DNA of 63,075 bases, filler included, from Octopus bimaculoides (Eukaryota): the NCBI RefSeq assembly GCF_001194135.2. It is 5 parts of 5 records of this genome, joined end to end, with 100 filler letters (N's around TTAATTAATTAA, not from the genome) between each part and the next. Parts side by side here need not be neighbours in the genome. Positions count along the whole stretch, not along the records: positions 25,177 to 52,563 come from NC_068990.1; positions 52,664 to 61,439 come from NC_068992.1; positions 61,540 to 63,075 come from NC_068996.1; 2 more parts are not named here. The stretch is one strand, 5' to 3'. A model generated the notes under the pieces. It saw only the letters and a program-made list of their open reading frames with translations. It was not told the origin of the DNA and ran no database searches. This document shows, in pieces, positions 51,798-63,075 of the stretch; the stretch's first letter is position 1; each line of letters starts with the position of its first letter. The translations under genes were made by a program, and so were the position numbers.

Positions 51798-51838
<41 letters not shown>

Positions 51839-51876
51839 ATATATATTTTATATGTGTGTGTGCATATATGTGTGTG

Positions 51877-51907
<31 letters not shown>

Positions 51908-52607
51908 ATACATACTTTATATGTAATATAAAACATATGCAGTGTAAATGTATAGAACATACACATACACACACGCGCGCGCATAGAATCATATAAACAC
52001 ATACGAAGTTAAATATTTATGTATACATACACAGGCAAACACGCACTGACGCATGAACGCTGGCACACGCATGCGCACGTGCACGCATGCGCACGTGCAC
52101 GCACGCGCATACACACACACACACACACACACACGCACACTCAAACACACATACTTAAACACAATTTAAGAATTTGTAAAATTCTAAATCCCTAAGTAAT
52201 GCACACACACACATACACACACACATACACACATATACACACACACTCACACACACATACTCTCTCAAACACATACCCACACGCACGCACACGCACACAC
52301 ACACACACACACACTCGACTCATGCAATTACATACACAATGGTTTTTCTGACAAGAAAATCATTCAGGCTTACTTCTGATTCCTCCCCCTCCACCTTCTC
52401 CTTTATTACACCCCCCACCACCTATTCTTCAGTTTCTTTCTTTTGTCTAACAAATTCTATCACCTCTTCAGTCTCTTTGTTTCCCCCACTTTATGCACAT
52501 ACATACACACATACTACATACATATATATGTGTGTATACATATCTATCTATCTATCTATCTATNNNNNNNNNNNNNNNNNNNNNNNNNNNNNNNNNNNNN
52601 NNNNNNN

Positions 52608-52619
52608 TTAATTAATTAA
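52608..52619. other. Assembly gap linker TTAATTAATTAA
   Basis: 44 N on each side. Confidence 0.95.
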
Positions 52620-52663
52620 NNNNNNNNNNNNNNNNNNNNNNNNNNNNNNNNNNNNNNNNNNNN

Positions 52664-52880
52664 TTCGAGCGTGGCCGTTTTCGTGCGGGTGACACGTAAA
52701 AGCACCCACTACACTCTCTGAGTGGTTGGCGTTAGGAAGGGCATCCAGCTGTAGAAACTCTGCCAAATCAGACTGGAGCCTGGTGTTGCCATCCGGTTTC
52801 ACCAGTCCTCAGTCAAATCGTCCAACCCATGCTAGCATGAAAAGCGGACGTTAAACGATGATGATGATGATGATGATGAT
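52664..52880 (+). mobile_element. Retroposon family E 3' end with (GAT)n tail
   Basis: gtggttggcgttaggaagggcatccagctgtagaaac...tccaacccatgctagcatg...gttaaacgatgatgat; related copies at 61164-61365 and 54661-54730 (-). Confidence 0.75.
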
Positions 52881-53242
52881 CTTTATGCACGCAAACATAT
52901 TCATATGTTTGTGTGGAGGTGGTCCAGCATGGCTGCAATCCAATGACTGTGACATGGAAAAAGAATAAACAATATTCTCTTATACACACACATGCACACA
53001 CACACACACATGCACATACTCACACATACACATGCATATGCATGCATATATACATTCTATTTTTACACGTGGAACTCTGTGTGCATATGTGTGTATGTGT
53101 GTTTAACTTTATTGAACTCTGTCTGATCTCAGCCCCACATCACCATCTCCCCACTCTGCAGTTTTCTCTTCTCATTATTCCACCATTAAAATTATTCTAA
53201 TTCCCTTGTTATAAGAGAGATCCAAGTTCTAATTACAATGTT

Positions 53243-53875
53243 AGTCCTAATGAACTATCATTTTCTCTTAAAGGCTTTTTTTCCTCTTCTTTTTATCACT
53301 GATGTCATTTTTGTTTTTGTTATTGTTATTTTTGTTATTGTTGTTATTTGCTTCATCCTCTGCCCACTACCTCTCCTCTATTTTTTTTTTCTTTAATATA
53401 TTTTTATTTTTACTTTTACCAACTTTTTGTGTGTCTTCTGAATTAGCTATTGAAGAAAATCAAATAATAAGAGTACAGATAAAAATAAAAAAATAATAAT
53501 GATAATAATAATAATGATGATGATGATAATGATAATACTGATGATGATGATGANNNNNNNNNNNAGTCCTAATGAACTATCATTTTCTCTTAAAGGCTTT
53601 TTTTCCTCTTCTTTTTATCACTGATGTCATTTTTGTTTTTGTTATTGTTATTTTTGTTATTGTTGTTATTTGCTTCATCCTCTGCCCACTACCTCTCCTC
53701 TATTTTTTTTTTCTTTAATATATTTTTATTTTTACTTTTACCAACTTTTTGTGTGTCTTCTGAATTAGCTATTGAAGAAAATCAAATAATAAGAGTACAG
53801 ATAAAAATAAAAAAATAATAATGATAATAATAATAATGATGATGATGATAATGATAATACTGATGATGATGATGA
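53243..53875. other. Probable false duplication across a short gap
   Basis: 53243-53553 is repeated apparently identically at 53565-53875 on the other side of an 11-N gap. Confidence 0.85.
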
Positions 53876-54484
53876 TGATGATGTTAATGATGATGATGAT
53901 AAAAATAATAATAATAATTACTATTAATAATAATAATGCTGTAATTATCAATAACCTACAAAACAGGATTATTTTTCTAACTTATTGATAATTATAGCTT
54001 TTAGCAAAGCAAAACTTCATTTTTTTTTGTTTTGTTTCTTGTTGCTTCATATAATTCTCATGTTCAAAGTTGCTATCTAAAGCCAGCATGATATCCTTTA
54101 TTATTAGCATTGTCACATCACTGAATACTTTGTATTTGGATTCCCTTGTGTTATATTTCTGACAATAACATCTGTTGATGTTATTTTTATTGTTTAAGCT
54201 TGCTGTCTCTTGGGTACATAGAACAAGAACAAATAAAACTGCCGTCTAATTTTGTGTTATAATACAAAGATGGCATTGCAAATGAGAGGCATCACAGTTC
54301 CTAACTAGCCAGAATTCTTTTTTCTTTCATTATTTATTATTTATTTATTTATTTTTTGAGTTTACTGAGTTGTGGTGATAAAAGAATTGGTGGCGCCATG
54401 ATAGGAACGGTCATTTCTTTCCTACCTTGCTCCTTCACTGTAGCTGATTACAGGGAAGAAGAGGCGAAAAGAGAGAGAGAAAGA

Positions 54485-54640
54485 GAGAAATCTAACCCTA
54501 GTAGACAACTGGTACTGTTTATTGATCTATTATTCTCCAACGAGATGCAAGTTAAAATGGCCCTCAGTGGTGTTTGAACTCAGCATGCATAGAGCTTGAA
54601 GAAAATGGTAAAGTACTTTAACCTGACATTTGAAGCACTC
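54485..54640 (-). mobile_element. Diverged SINE family B
   Basis: caactggtactgttttattgatc...gtggtgtttgaactcagcatg. Confidence 0.55.
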
Positions 54641-54660
54641 TCACAGTGCATAACCTTAAC

Positions 54661-54730
54661 TATCATCATCATCATCATCATCGTCATCATCAATTAACAT
54701 CCATTTTCGATGCTAGCATGGGTTGTGCAG
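54661..54730 (-). mobile_element. Family E tail fragment
   Basis: (cat)n ttaacatccattttcgatgctagcatgggttg. Confidence 0.6.
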
Positions 54731-54764
54731 TTTAACAGGAGCTGGCTAGGCGGAACCCTGCTCC

Positions 54765-55073
54765 CAGGATTTTTCAGGAAGTCCTCGGAAATCATCGGAA
54801 CTTTCCACGAAGCCCTCAGAAATTTCCAGGAATTCTTAGGAACTTTCCATGAAGTCCTCGGAATTTCCAGGGATCCCTCGGAATTTCCCAGGAAACGCCC
54901 GGAATTTCCCAGAAATCATCGGAACTTACTATGAAATCCTCGGAATTTTCCAGGTATTCCCCCAAGAAATGCTCAGAATTTTCCAGGAAGTCCTCGGAAC
55001 TTTCCAGGAAGTAACATCATCGGAATTTTCCAGGGAATGGCCCATCCTCGATCTTTCCAAGAAATCCTCAGAA
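54765..55073. repeat. Degenerate ~21-bp tandem repeat (gaagtcctcggaatttccagg-like) running into a gap
   Basis: Direct reading. Confidence 0.85.
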
Positions 55074-55682
55074 NNNNNNNNNNNNNNNNNNNNNNNNNNN
55101 NNNNNNNNNNNNNNNNNNNNNNNNNNNNNNNNNNNNNNNNNNNNNNNNNNNNNNNNNNNNNNNNNNNNNNNNNNNNNNNNNNNNNNNNNNNNNNNNNNNN
55201 NNNNNNNNNNNNNNNNNNNNNNNNNNNNNNNNNNNNNNNNNNNNNNNNNNNNNNNNNNNNNNNNNNNNNNNNNNNNNNNNNNNNNNNNNNNNNNNNNNNN
55301 NNNNNNNNNNNNNNNNNNNNNNNNNNNNNNNNNNNNNNNNNNNNNNNNNNNNNNNNNNNNNNNNNNNNNNNNNNNNNNNNNNNNNNNNNNNNNNNNNNNN
55401 NNNNNNNNNNNNNNNNNNNNNNNNNNNNNNNNNNNNNNNNNNNNNNNNNNNNNNNNNNNNNNNNNNNNNNNNNNNNNNNNNNNNNNNNNNNNNNNNNNNN
55501 NNNNNNNNNNNNNNNNNNNNNNNNNNNNNNNNNNNNNNNNNNNNNNNNNNNNNNNNNNNNNNNNNNNNNNNNNNNNNNNNNNNNNNNNNNNNNNNNNNNN
55601 NNNNNNNNNNNNNNNNNNNNNNNNNNNNNNNNNNNNNNNNNNNNNNNNNNNNNNNNNNNNNNNNNNNNNNNNNNNNNNNNNN

Positions 55683-55839
55683 GGTGGTGGTGGTGCTGCT
55701 GCTGCTTGTCATTGCTGATACTGCTCTGATCTTGATGTTGTTCATGTTGTTGTTCATGTTGTTGATACTTTTGATGTTTTTGTACTCCCTATTGTTGTTG
55801 CTGTATTTCTTGTTGCTGATGTTTTTGATGTTGTGGTAG

Positions 55840-55908
<69 letters not shown>

Positions 55909-56930
55909 TGACGATGACGATGATGACAGTGAGGATTATGATGAGGATGATTATGATAGTGGTGGCAGCCATGGCAATGATGATGATGATGATGATGGTG
56001 GTAGTAGTGGTTGCCGTAATGGTGGTGGTGATGGTGATGATGATGATGATGATAACTCTGCAGACCTCATTTTGTCCTTGTTGATGTTCTTAGAATCTTT
56101 GTTTATTCACAGGAAAATAAAACACTGTCAGCAATAAAAACGTTGCCACCACCACCGCCACCACCACCGCCGANNNNNNNNNNCCACCCTTACTATCAGG
56201 CACAAGTTTCACCACCACCCCTACTATCACCATGGCTGTGGCCACTGTCACCATTGTTGCTACTACCACCGCCACTACCACATCAAGTGTTCATTTCACA
56301 CCTTGTCTAAGTCAATTATAACTTCATCACCAGTGTTTCTTTGTTTTTTTTCCTTCTTTTTTTTCATGTTAGAGAACTAATTAGGATTTTACTGGAATCT
56401 CTTAGTGTTTATGGTGAGTTTGGTATTGTTACTACAGAAAGAGTTGTTGCGGTGGTAGTGGTGTGGTGGTAGTGTTGAGGAGTTAGTTTTATTGTGGGAT
56501 TGTAATAAGTAGTATTGTAGTAAGTGGAATTGTCTGCTGTTGGTGTGGTGGTTGTAGTGATTGTGTCGTAGCACAGTGTTGCTGTGATAGTGTTGTGATG
56601 TTTTGGCAGTGGTGTTGATGTAGTGACTGTTGTAGTAGCCACAACTACAGCATTATTCTGCAGTGGTTGTAATCGGGTGTTGAGGTTGTAGTGTTACTGC
56701 GGTGTTGTGATGGTGTTGATGTAGCAATGATGTTGATATTATCACTGTTATGTTGTAGTAATAGTGTTAGTGCTGTAGTAGTACCACTGTGGTGAAGTTG
56801 TCATCAGTTGTGTTGGGCTGATCATATTGTTGTGCTGACTATAGTACCTCTAGTGGTGGTGTTTTAGTAGTGTTGATGCTGCAGTGGTTTTCTTGTGATA
56901 GTGCTGATATGGTCATTGCAGCAGTGCCAG
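55683..56930. repeat. Extended GT-rich trinucleotide low-complexity region (GAT/GTT/GGT/GTA)
   Basis: Direct reading. Confidence 0.8.
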
Positions 56931-56936
56931 GATGAC

Positions 56937-57320
56937 GGAGGCGCAATGGCCCAGTGGCTAGGGCAGCGGACTCGCAGTCATAGGATCACGGTTTCGATTC
57001 CCAGATCGGTCGTTGTGAGTGTTTATTGAGCAAAAACACCCAAAGCTCCACGAAGCTCCGGCAGGGGATGGTGGTGAACCCTGCCGTACTCTTCCACCAC
57101 AACTTTCTCACACTCTTACTTCCTGTTTCTGTTGTGCCTGTAATTCAAAGGGCCAGCCTTGTCACACTGTGTCACGCTGAATATCCCCGAGAACTACGTT
57201 AAGGGTACACGTGTCCGTGGAGTGCTCAGCCACTTGCACGTTAATTTCACGAGCAGGCTGTTCCGTTGATCGGATCAACTGGAACCCTCGACGTCGTAAG
57301 TGACAGGGTGCCAACAACAA
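56937..57320 (+). mobile_element. tRNA-headed SINE family D, full length, (CAA) tail
   Basis: A-box tggcccagtgg, B-box-like ggtttcgattcc; 3' half shared with family C. Confidence 0.88.
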
Positions 57321-57469
57321 CCAAAGTAACATTGTGGTGGTAGTATTGTGGCTGTGTTGCTGTGGTGGTGTTGAAGTAGTAGTGTTGTAATGTTGTATGA
57401 AGTGAATTTAGTTACACACTGCCTTTACAGCTTCTCCAGAACCGTCGACGTTGTTGCAGTCAATACTTC

Positions 57470-57830
57470 TCTTGGACAACTGCAGAAAGTAAAATGTAAA
57501 AACAAAAAGAAGAAAAAAAATGAAGACACAAACATGGTCAGGAAGAGAATTCTAAGAAAAACATGCTCTGGAGAGAAAGGGTTGCATGTAGTGGTGTTAA
57601 TGTGGCACCATGTAGGGTAGACACAGTGTGGGCGGTGAGAGGAGGATAGGCAAGTGTATTAGGTGAACCTAAGTGGAAGTGGTACAAAACCAGTCAGATC
57701 CAGGGAACAGAGGCCATAATAGTTGTGGTTTATAAGAAAGTGAGGAGGAGACAGTTTGTCTGGTGAGGCGAGAAATGGTTGAACTGTATTGGTCAGCGAT
57801 TCCATAGTGATCAGTTTGGTAGTTCTTTTC
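57470..57830 (-). pseudogene. L2/Daphne-like (CR1 group) LINE 3' fragment
   Basis: TNTVQP...NYYGLCSLDLTGFVPLPLRFT*YTCLSSSHRPH then HYMQPFLSRACFS*NSLPDHVF; typical L2/Daphne C-terminal motifs. Confidence 0.72.
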
Positions 57831-58223
57831 TCGGATGCTATTTCAGATTTTATATCTGTGTTGTGAATGTTATATAAACTTCCTAATATTTTTTTCTTGT
57901 ATGTTGTGTTATGTCGAATCTGATGACTGGTTTTCATAGTTTTTTTTTTGTATTTTCTTTTTGTGTTATTGATAGAAAAAAAAGAAAACCATGGGAAGGA
58001 AATGGTGAATTCTGTAGGTGATACTTTTACTTTGTTATATGTTTGGAGTCAAGTTTCTAGTTATCTGACTTGTTGTGCAGCTGTGTCTAAATATTAGTGA
58101 GAAAAATTGTTAACTGTTTGATTATTATTATTATAATTATAATAATAATAATAATTATTATTATTATTGTTATTATTATTATTATTGTTGTTATCATCAT
58201 CATCATCATCATCATCATCATCG

Positions 58224-58257
<34 letters not shown>

Positions 58258-58319
58258 TTCCATCATTATTATTTCATATATGCACAACAGTTTAGACTGT
58301 TGGAAAAAAGAATTCCTAA

Positions 58320-58642
58320 CATCGAACTCTAACAAGTAACCTTAGATACCAAGAACCTTCCTAAGTATCCAAGCTGTCCCTAATAATACTGTTTTCTGCG
58401 GCTGCACTAAACTAGGTTTTCCGCCTATTTCCACCTATGTCCACAAGTTCAAATTTTTAGGGATATTTCCTAATGTACCTAAAACCACAGCGATACATTT
58501 TACTCACACTTTCTCTCACCTCTGTAACTCAATGGCTCAGTCCTGATATTTTGCTATTTTCTCTATACCTCCCATATTAACTTTCTTATCATTTGAGACT
58601 TTAAAGTCAATTACCTGGTGCTTTCGATTCTCTTTGTCCACT
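58320..58642 (-). pseudogene. R4/Dong-like non-LTR retrotransposon 3' end (RLE endonuclease)
   Basis: VDKENRKHQVIDFKVSNDKKVNMGGIEKIAKYQD*AIELQR...CIAVVLGTLGNIPKNL...QKTVLLGTAWILRKVLGI matches the R4-clade RLE tail. Confidence 0.88.
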
Positions 58643-59061
58643 AGGCGCAGGAGTGGCTGTGTGATAAGTAGCTTGCTTACCAACCACATGGTTCCGGGTT
58701 CAGTCCCACTGCGTGGCACCTTGGGCAAGTGTCTTCTACTATAGCCTCAGGCCGACCAAAGCCTTGTGAGTGGATTTGGTAGACGGAAACTGAAAAAAGA
58801 AACCTGTCGTATATATGTATATATATGTGTGTGTGTGTGTGTGTGTGCATGTATTTGTGTGTGTGTGTCTGTGTTTGTCCCTCCCAACATCGCTTGACAA
58901 CCGATGCCGGTGTGTTTACGTCCCTGTAACTTAGCGGTTCAGCAAAAGAGACCGATAGAATAAGTACTAGGCTTACAAAGAATACGTCCTGGGGTCGATT
59001 TGCTCGACTAAAAGTGGTGCTCCAGCATGGNNNNNNNNNNCATGGCCGCAGTCAAATGACT
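58643..59061 (+). mobile_element. SINE family A, near full length
   Basis: aggcgcaggagtggctgtgtgataagtagc head, ggttcagtccc B box. Confidence 0.93.
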
Positions 59062-59414
59062 GCAGACCTATGATCAAAGGAGGTCCAACCATGACCATCT
59101 CATCTGTTTGTATGACAGGAACTACATTATCCATTGAAACCAGTCTTTTCCTCTTTTTTTTTCTTTTTTTTCTTTTCTCTTTTTTAATGAATGTAGTGCA
59201 TGATTTGAAGGAGAACCGATTACTATCTCTAGCGAGTCCATTTATCATGAAAATGTTCCCTCCTTGGTTCAGAGTTGTCGTTGACAACATCGATGATGAT
59301 GATGATGATGGTAGCGGTGATTGTGATGATGCTGATGATGACACTGATGATGGTGATGAGGATGGTGGTGACCACGATACTGATTATTATGCTGGTGGTG
59401 GTGGTGGCGTGATA

Positions 59415-59448
<34 letters not shown>

Positions 59449-60040
59449 CAGTGATGATGACGTTCTTATAGTCGTTATCATCACCAATCTAGAATCCTTG
59501 TTATCATCACGGCAGTCTTAGAATATATATTATTTTCACCTAAAATCAATAGATAATAGAATAATTATTCATTTTCTATTGTTGTTGTTGTTGTTTATGT
59601 TGGTGTATACAATCATATACATCATGTGTGTGTATATTTGTATATGTGTATATATATATATATATANNNNNNNNNNNNNNNNNNNNNNNNNNNNNNNNNN
59701 NNNNNNNNNNNNNNNNNNNNNNNNNNNNNNNNNNNNNNNNNNNNNNNNNNNNNNNNNNNNNNNNNNNNNNNNNNNNNNNNNNNNNNNNNNNNNNNNNNNN
59801 NNNNNNNNNNNNNNNNNNNNNNNNNNNNNNNNNNNNNNNNNNNNNNNNNNNNNNNNNNNNNNNNNNNNNNNNNNNNNNNNNNNNNNNNNNNNNNNNNNNN
59901 NNNNNNNNNNNNNNNNNNNNNNNNNNNNNNNNNNNNNNNNNNNNNNNNNNNNNNNNNNNNNNNNNNNNNNNNNNNNNNNNNNNNNNNNNNNNNNNNNNNN
60001 NNNNNNNNNNNNNNNNNNNNNNNNNNNNNNNNNNNNNNNT

Positions 60041-60361
60041 CCTAGACCGGGCGTTGTGAGTGTTTATTGAGTGGAAACACCTAAAGCTCCATGAGGCTCC
60101 GGCAGGGGATGGTGGCGAACCCTGCTGTACTCTTTCCCCACAACTTTCTCTCACTCTTTCTTCCTGTTTCTGTTGTGCCTGTAATTCAAAGGGTCAGCCT
60201 TGTCACATTCTGTGTCACACTGAATATCCCTGAGAACTACATTAACAGTACACGTGTCTGTGGAGTGCTCAGCCACTTGCATGTTAATTTCACGAGCACA
60301 CTGTTCCGTTGATCGGATCAACTGGAACCCTCAACGTCGTAAGCGACGGAGTGCCAACAAC
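60041..60361 (+). mobile_element. SINE family D (5' end lost in gap)
   Basis: Colinear with 56937-57320. Confidence 0.88.
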
Positions 60362-61163
60362 ATGTATAGGAAGTGTAAGTGTACACAATCATCCCACGTA
60401 TACACATATAAATAATTACATATATATGATTGTGTGTATGTGAGCTTTTGCCAGGTTCACCGTCCTATTGGCAAGTGTTGTTTTTAGCCCTGCTGGGTTT
60501 CTGGCAACCCTCATCACCAGTCAAGCCTAGTCAGAGGGTCAGTTTAGTCAGCAACTGCTTGACCATGCAACAGGTTGTATTGGATTCCATGTTACCAAGT
60601 GTTACTCACAAGAGGCCTGACACTACCTACACATGCATACATGCATGCATGCATACATACATACATACATACATACATACAAACATACCCTATTGTTGAT
60701 GTTGAAATTCCAATGCAGGAACCTTGGATCCAGGTTAGAAACCGGCTCCTATTCTATTGGCAAGAAATCTTGAAATAAACTGAATAATGACATACATGCA
60801 TACATACATACACACACACATACATACATACATACACACATACATACATACATACATACATACACACACACATACATACATACATACATACATACATACA
60901 TACATACATACATGCATATGACAGGATACATACCAAGCTGTGAGGAGCAAAGTATGGCTGAAATTGGGGTCTTGGGAAGAGAATGGAGTACCTTAATTCA
61001 TACTCTGCACATGACCATCACATTTGAGACTATCAAAATCTGCAAAACCTTCTAAAGATTTAAAGGATGATGACTAAAAATAAATGCTTTCCTTCATAAA
61101 TTTGTTATCAAATTGGTGGCTGGTCAAAATTTTATTCTAAATTAAAAGGAGAAAGAGGACCCA

Positions 61164-61365
61164 GTGCCACCTATAAAGCACTCAATGCACTTTGCAAAGT
61201 GGTTGGCATCAGGAAGGGCATTCAGCTGTAGAAACCCTGGCAAAGCAGACTTTGGGACCTAGTGTGGTCCCTGGGCATGCCAGTTCCTGCCAAGCTGTCC
61301 AACCCATACCAATCTGGGAAAACAGCTGTTAAATGATGATGATGATGATGACGATGATGATGATG
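61164..61365 (+). mobile_element. Family E 3' end (diverged) with (GAT)n tail
   Basis: gtggttggcatcaggaagggcattcagctgtagaaacc...gtccaacccat...gttaaatgatgat. Confidence 0.65.
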
Positions 61366-61483
61366 TATATGTCTGTGTGTATAATGTTTGGATATGTTTA
61401 TGTGTGTATGTTTATATATATATATATATATATATATATNNNNNNNNNNNNNNNNNNNNNNNNNNNNNNNNNNNNNNNNNNNN

Positions 61484-61495
61484 TTAATTAATTAA
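61484..61495. other. Assembly gap linker TTAATTAATTAA
   Basis: 44 N on each side. Confidence 0.95.
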
Positions 61496-61748
61496 NNNNN
61501 NNNNNNNNNNNNNNNNNNNNNNNNNNNNNNNNNNNNNNNATATATAGTGCATATAAACAATACCTAAGCATTATATGTAGTTGGAGGATTATATATAGAC
61601 ACACCTTTTTATGAAGAGTTATCTTTTCCAGTGTTTAAATACATTGGTCAAACATATGCGTATGTTAAAATATACAAGGATTGATGTATGTATATGTGCA
61701 AAGAATAAATTGTTGGGTGAACGTACACATATTTAGATATGCAAGAAA

Positions 61749-61785
<37 letters not shown>

Positions 61786-62373
61786 CACACACACACACTT
61801 ATGTACGTACTGTATAAATATATATTTATATATGTATATATATGTATTCTGTCTCCTTCTCACCCTCAGTCCTTATCTACCTGTGTCGCTCTCTATGTAT
61901 ATATGTATGTATGTATGTATTCACACACATATATGTGTGTATATATATATACACACACAAGTATCTTTATATGTGATGNNNNNNNNNNTATATATATATA
62001 TATATATATGTATGTATATGCCAGACAAGCTAGTATAATTACCTGCTTAAGGTAACATTTAATCTAGCAACAAAAGTTAAACATGATTTTTACATGGTAA
62101 ATATCACACCCGCACAACATTTACATATACTGAAATTGATGCTCAGAGGCACGCAGCCACACACAAACAAATACAAACATCCACACACAAACACAGAGAA
62201 CACACACACATACTCATTCTACTTTTTCTCTCATTTTCTCTAATATATTTGCATGCAATAAAATGCACACAGGCGCTTACGAATTCTCTTTCTCCCTTCA
62301 TCTATATTACATACAATATACATACGCATATATCTATAACTGTATGTATACGTACACACACACAAACACTCAG

Positions 62374-62443
<70 letters not shown>

Positions 62444-62923
62444 AGATATATATATATGCACACACATGCGTACATTTTTTAACATACACATATATATATT
62501 TATATATACATCGAAGTTTGCATGTGTGTGTGTGTGTATTTCTGTATATATGTGTGGGCATGTTAATAAGTATGCACACACTCTCTTCAAATCCAGATAT
62601 TCTCTCTATGAAGCTGCTGGTTCAATCCATCCAAAGATATTATCCTTCTTGATAATCTATTTATATATTCACACCCTTCTTTATATTTTGCCTTCCATAA
62701 ATTTTCTTTTTCTTTTCTATTTAATGATGTTTTTATCAATTTTTTTCTATATTTTTCTTTTACTAAATATTTACTTTAATTATCTAAAACACATATATTG
62801 CAATGAGTCGATCAAAACGTCAAAATCATTCTATTTATTTATTTCAGTCTCTCTCTAGCATGTAAGTTTTTCTAAGTATTTGTTCACCAGTCTCTTTCTT
62901 TCTTTCTTTCATTATTTCTATCT

Positions 62924-62977
<54 letters not shown>

Positions 62978-63075
62978 GGCTAGCTAGCTAGCTACCTACC
63001 TACCAACCTACCTACGTACCTACCTACATAGGTGTATGTATGTTTATATATATATATATATATATGCATAAACAT

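Noticed and set aside
56937-57010. tRNA-like sequence with A and B boxes (also heads at 2526, 8292, 58643)
   Set aside because: No complete cloverleaf evident, and it continues directly into a multicopy SINE body
13480-62858. Long ORFs in the track (e.g. 34474-35460, 51286-52002, 54849-55718, 39884-40513)
   Set aside because: They are translations of N-gaps and di- or trinucleotide microsatellites (YIYI, HTHT, CVCV, poly-I/D/H), not genes

Overview
AT-rich, gap-ridden eukaryotic genomic DNA dominated by microsatellites and interspersed repeats. The SINE types, the microsatellite density and the transposon fossils point to an octopus genome (inference from recognised repeat sequences, no database search run). 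I cannot confidently identify any host protein-coding gene, and almost all ORFs in the track are translations of microsatellites, N-gaps or repeats. What the sequence supports: (i) dozens of tRNA-headed SINE copies in at least four families (called A-D here), plus a fifth SINE-like family (E) seen only as 3' parts; (ii) LINE fossils of RTE, R4/Dong-like (RLE endonuclease) and L2/Daphne-like type; (iii) DNA transposons: a rearranged mariner with an inverted copy of its own 5' end, a Tc1 fragment, a complete hAT-type MITE with an 8-bp TSD, a TA-flanked MITE and a Helentron-like hairpin terminus; (iv) several nested insertions; (v) assembly artefacts: 100-bp gaps carrying a six-frame-stop linker, and a false duplication. 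The best gene candidate is a short signal-peptide-like ORF at 9665-9871 (minus strand) with a SINE inserted just upstream of its ATG. It is unproven. Repeat boundaries are approximate unless a TSD or TIR is quoted.
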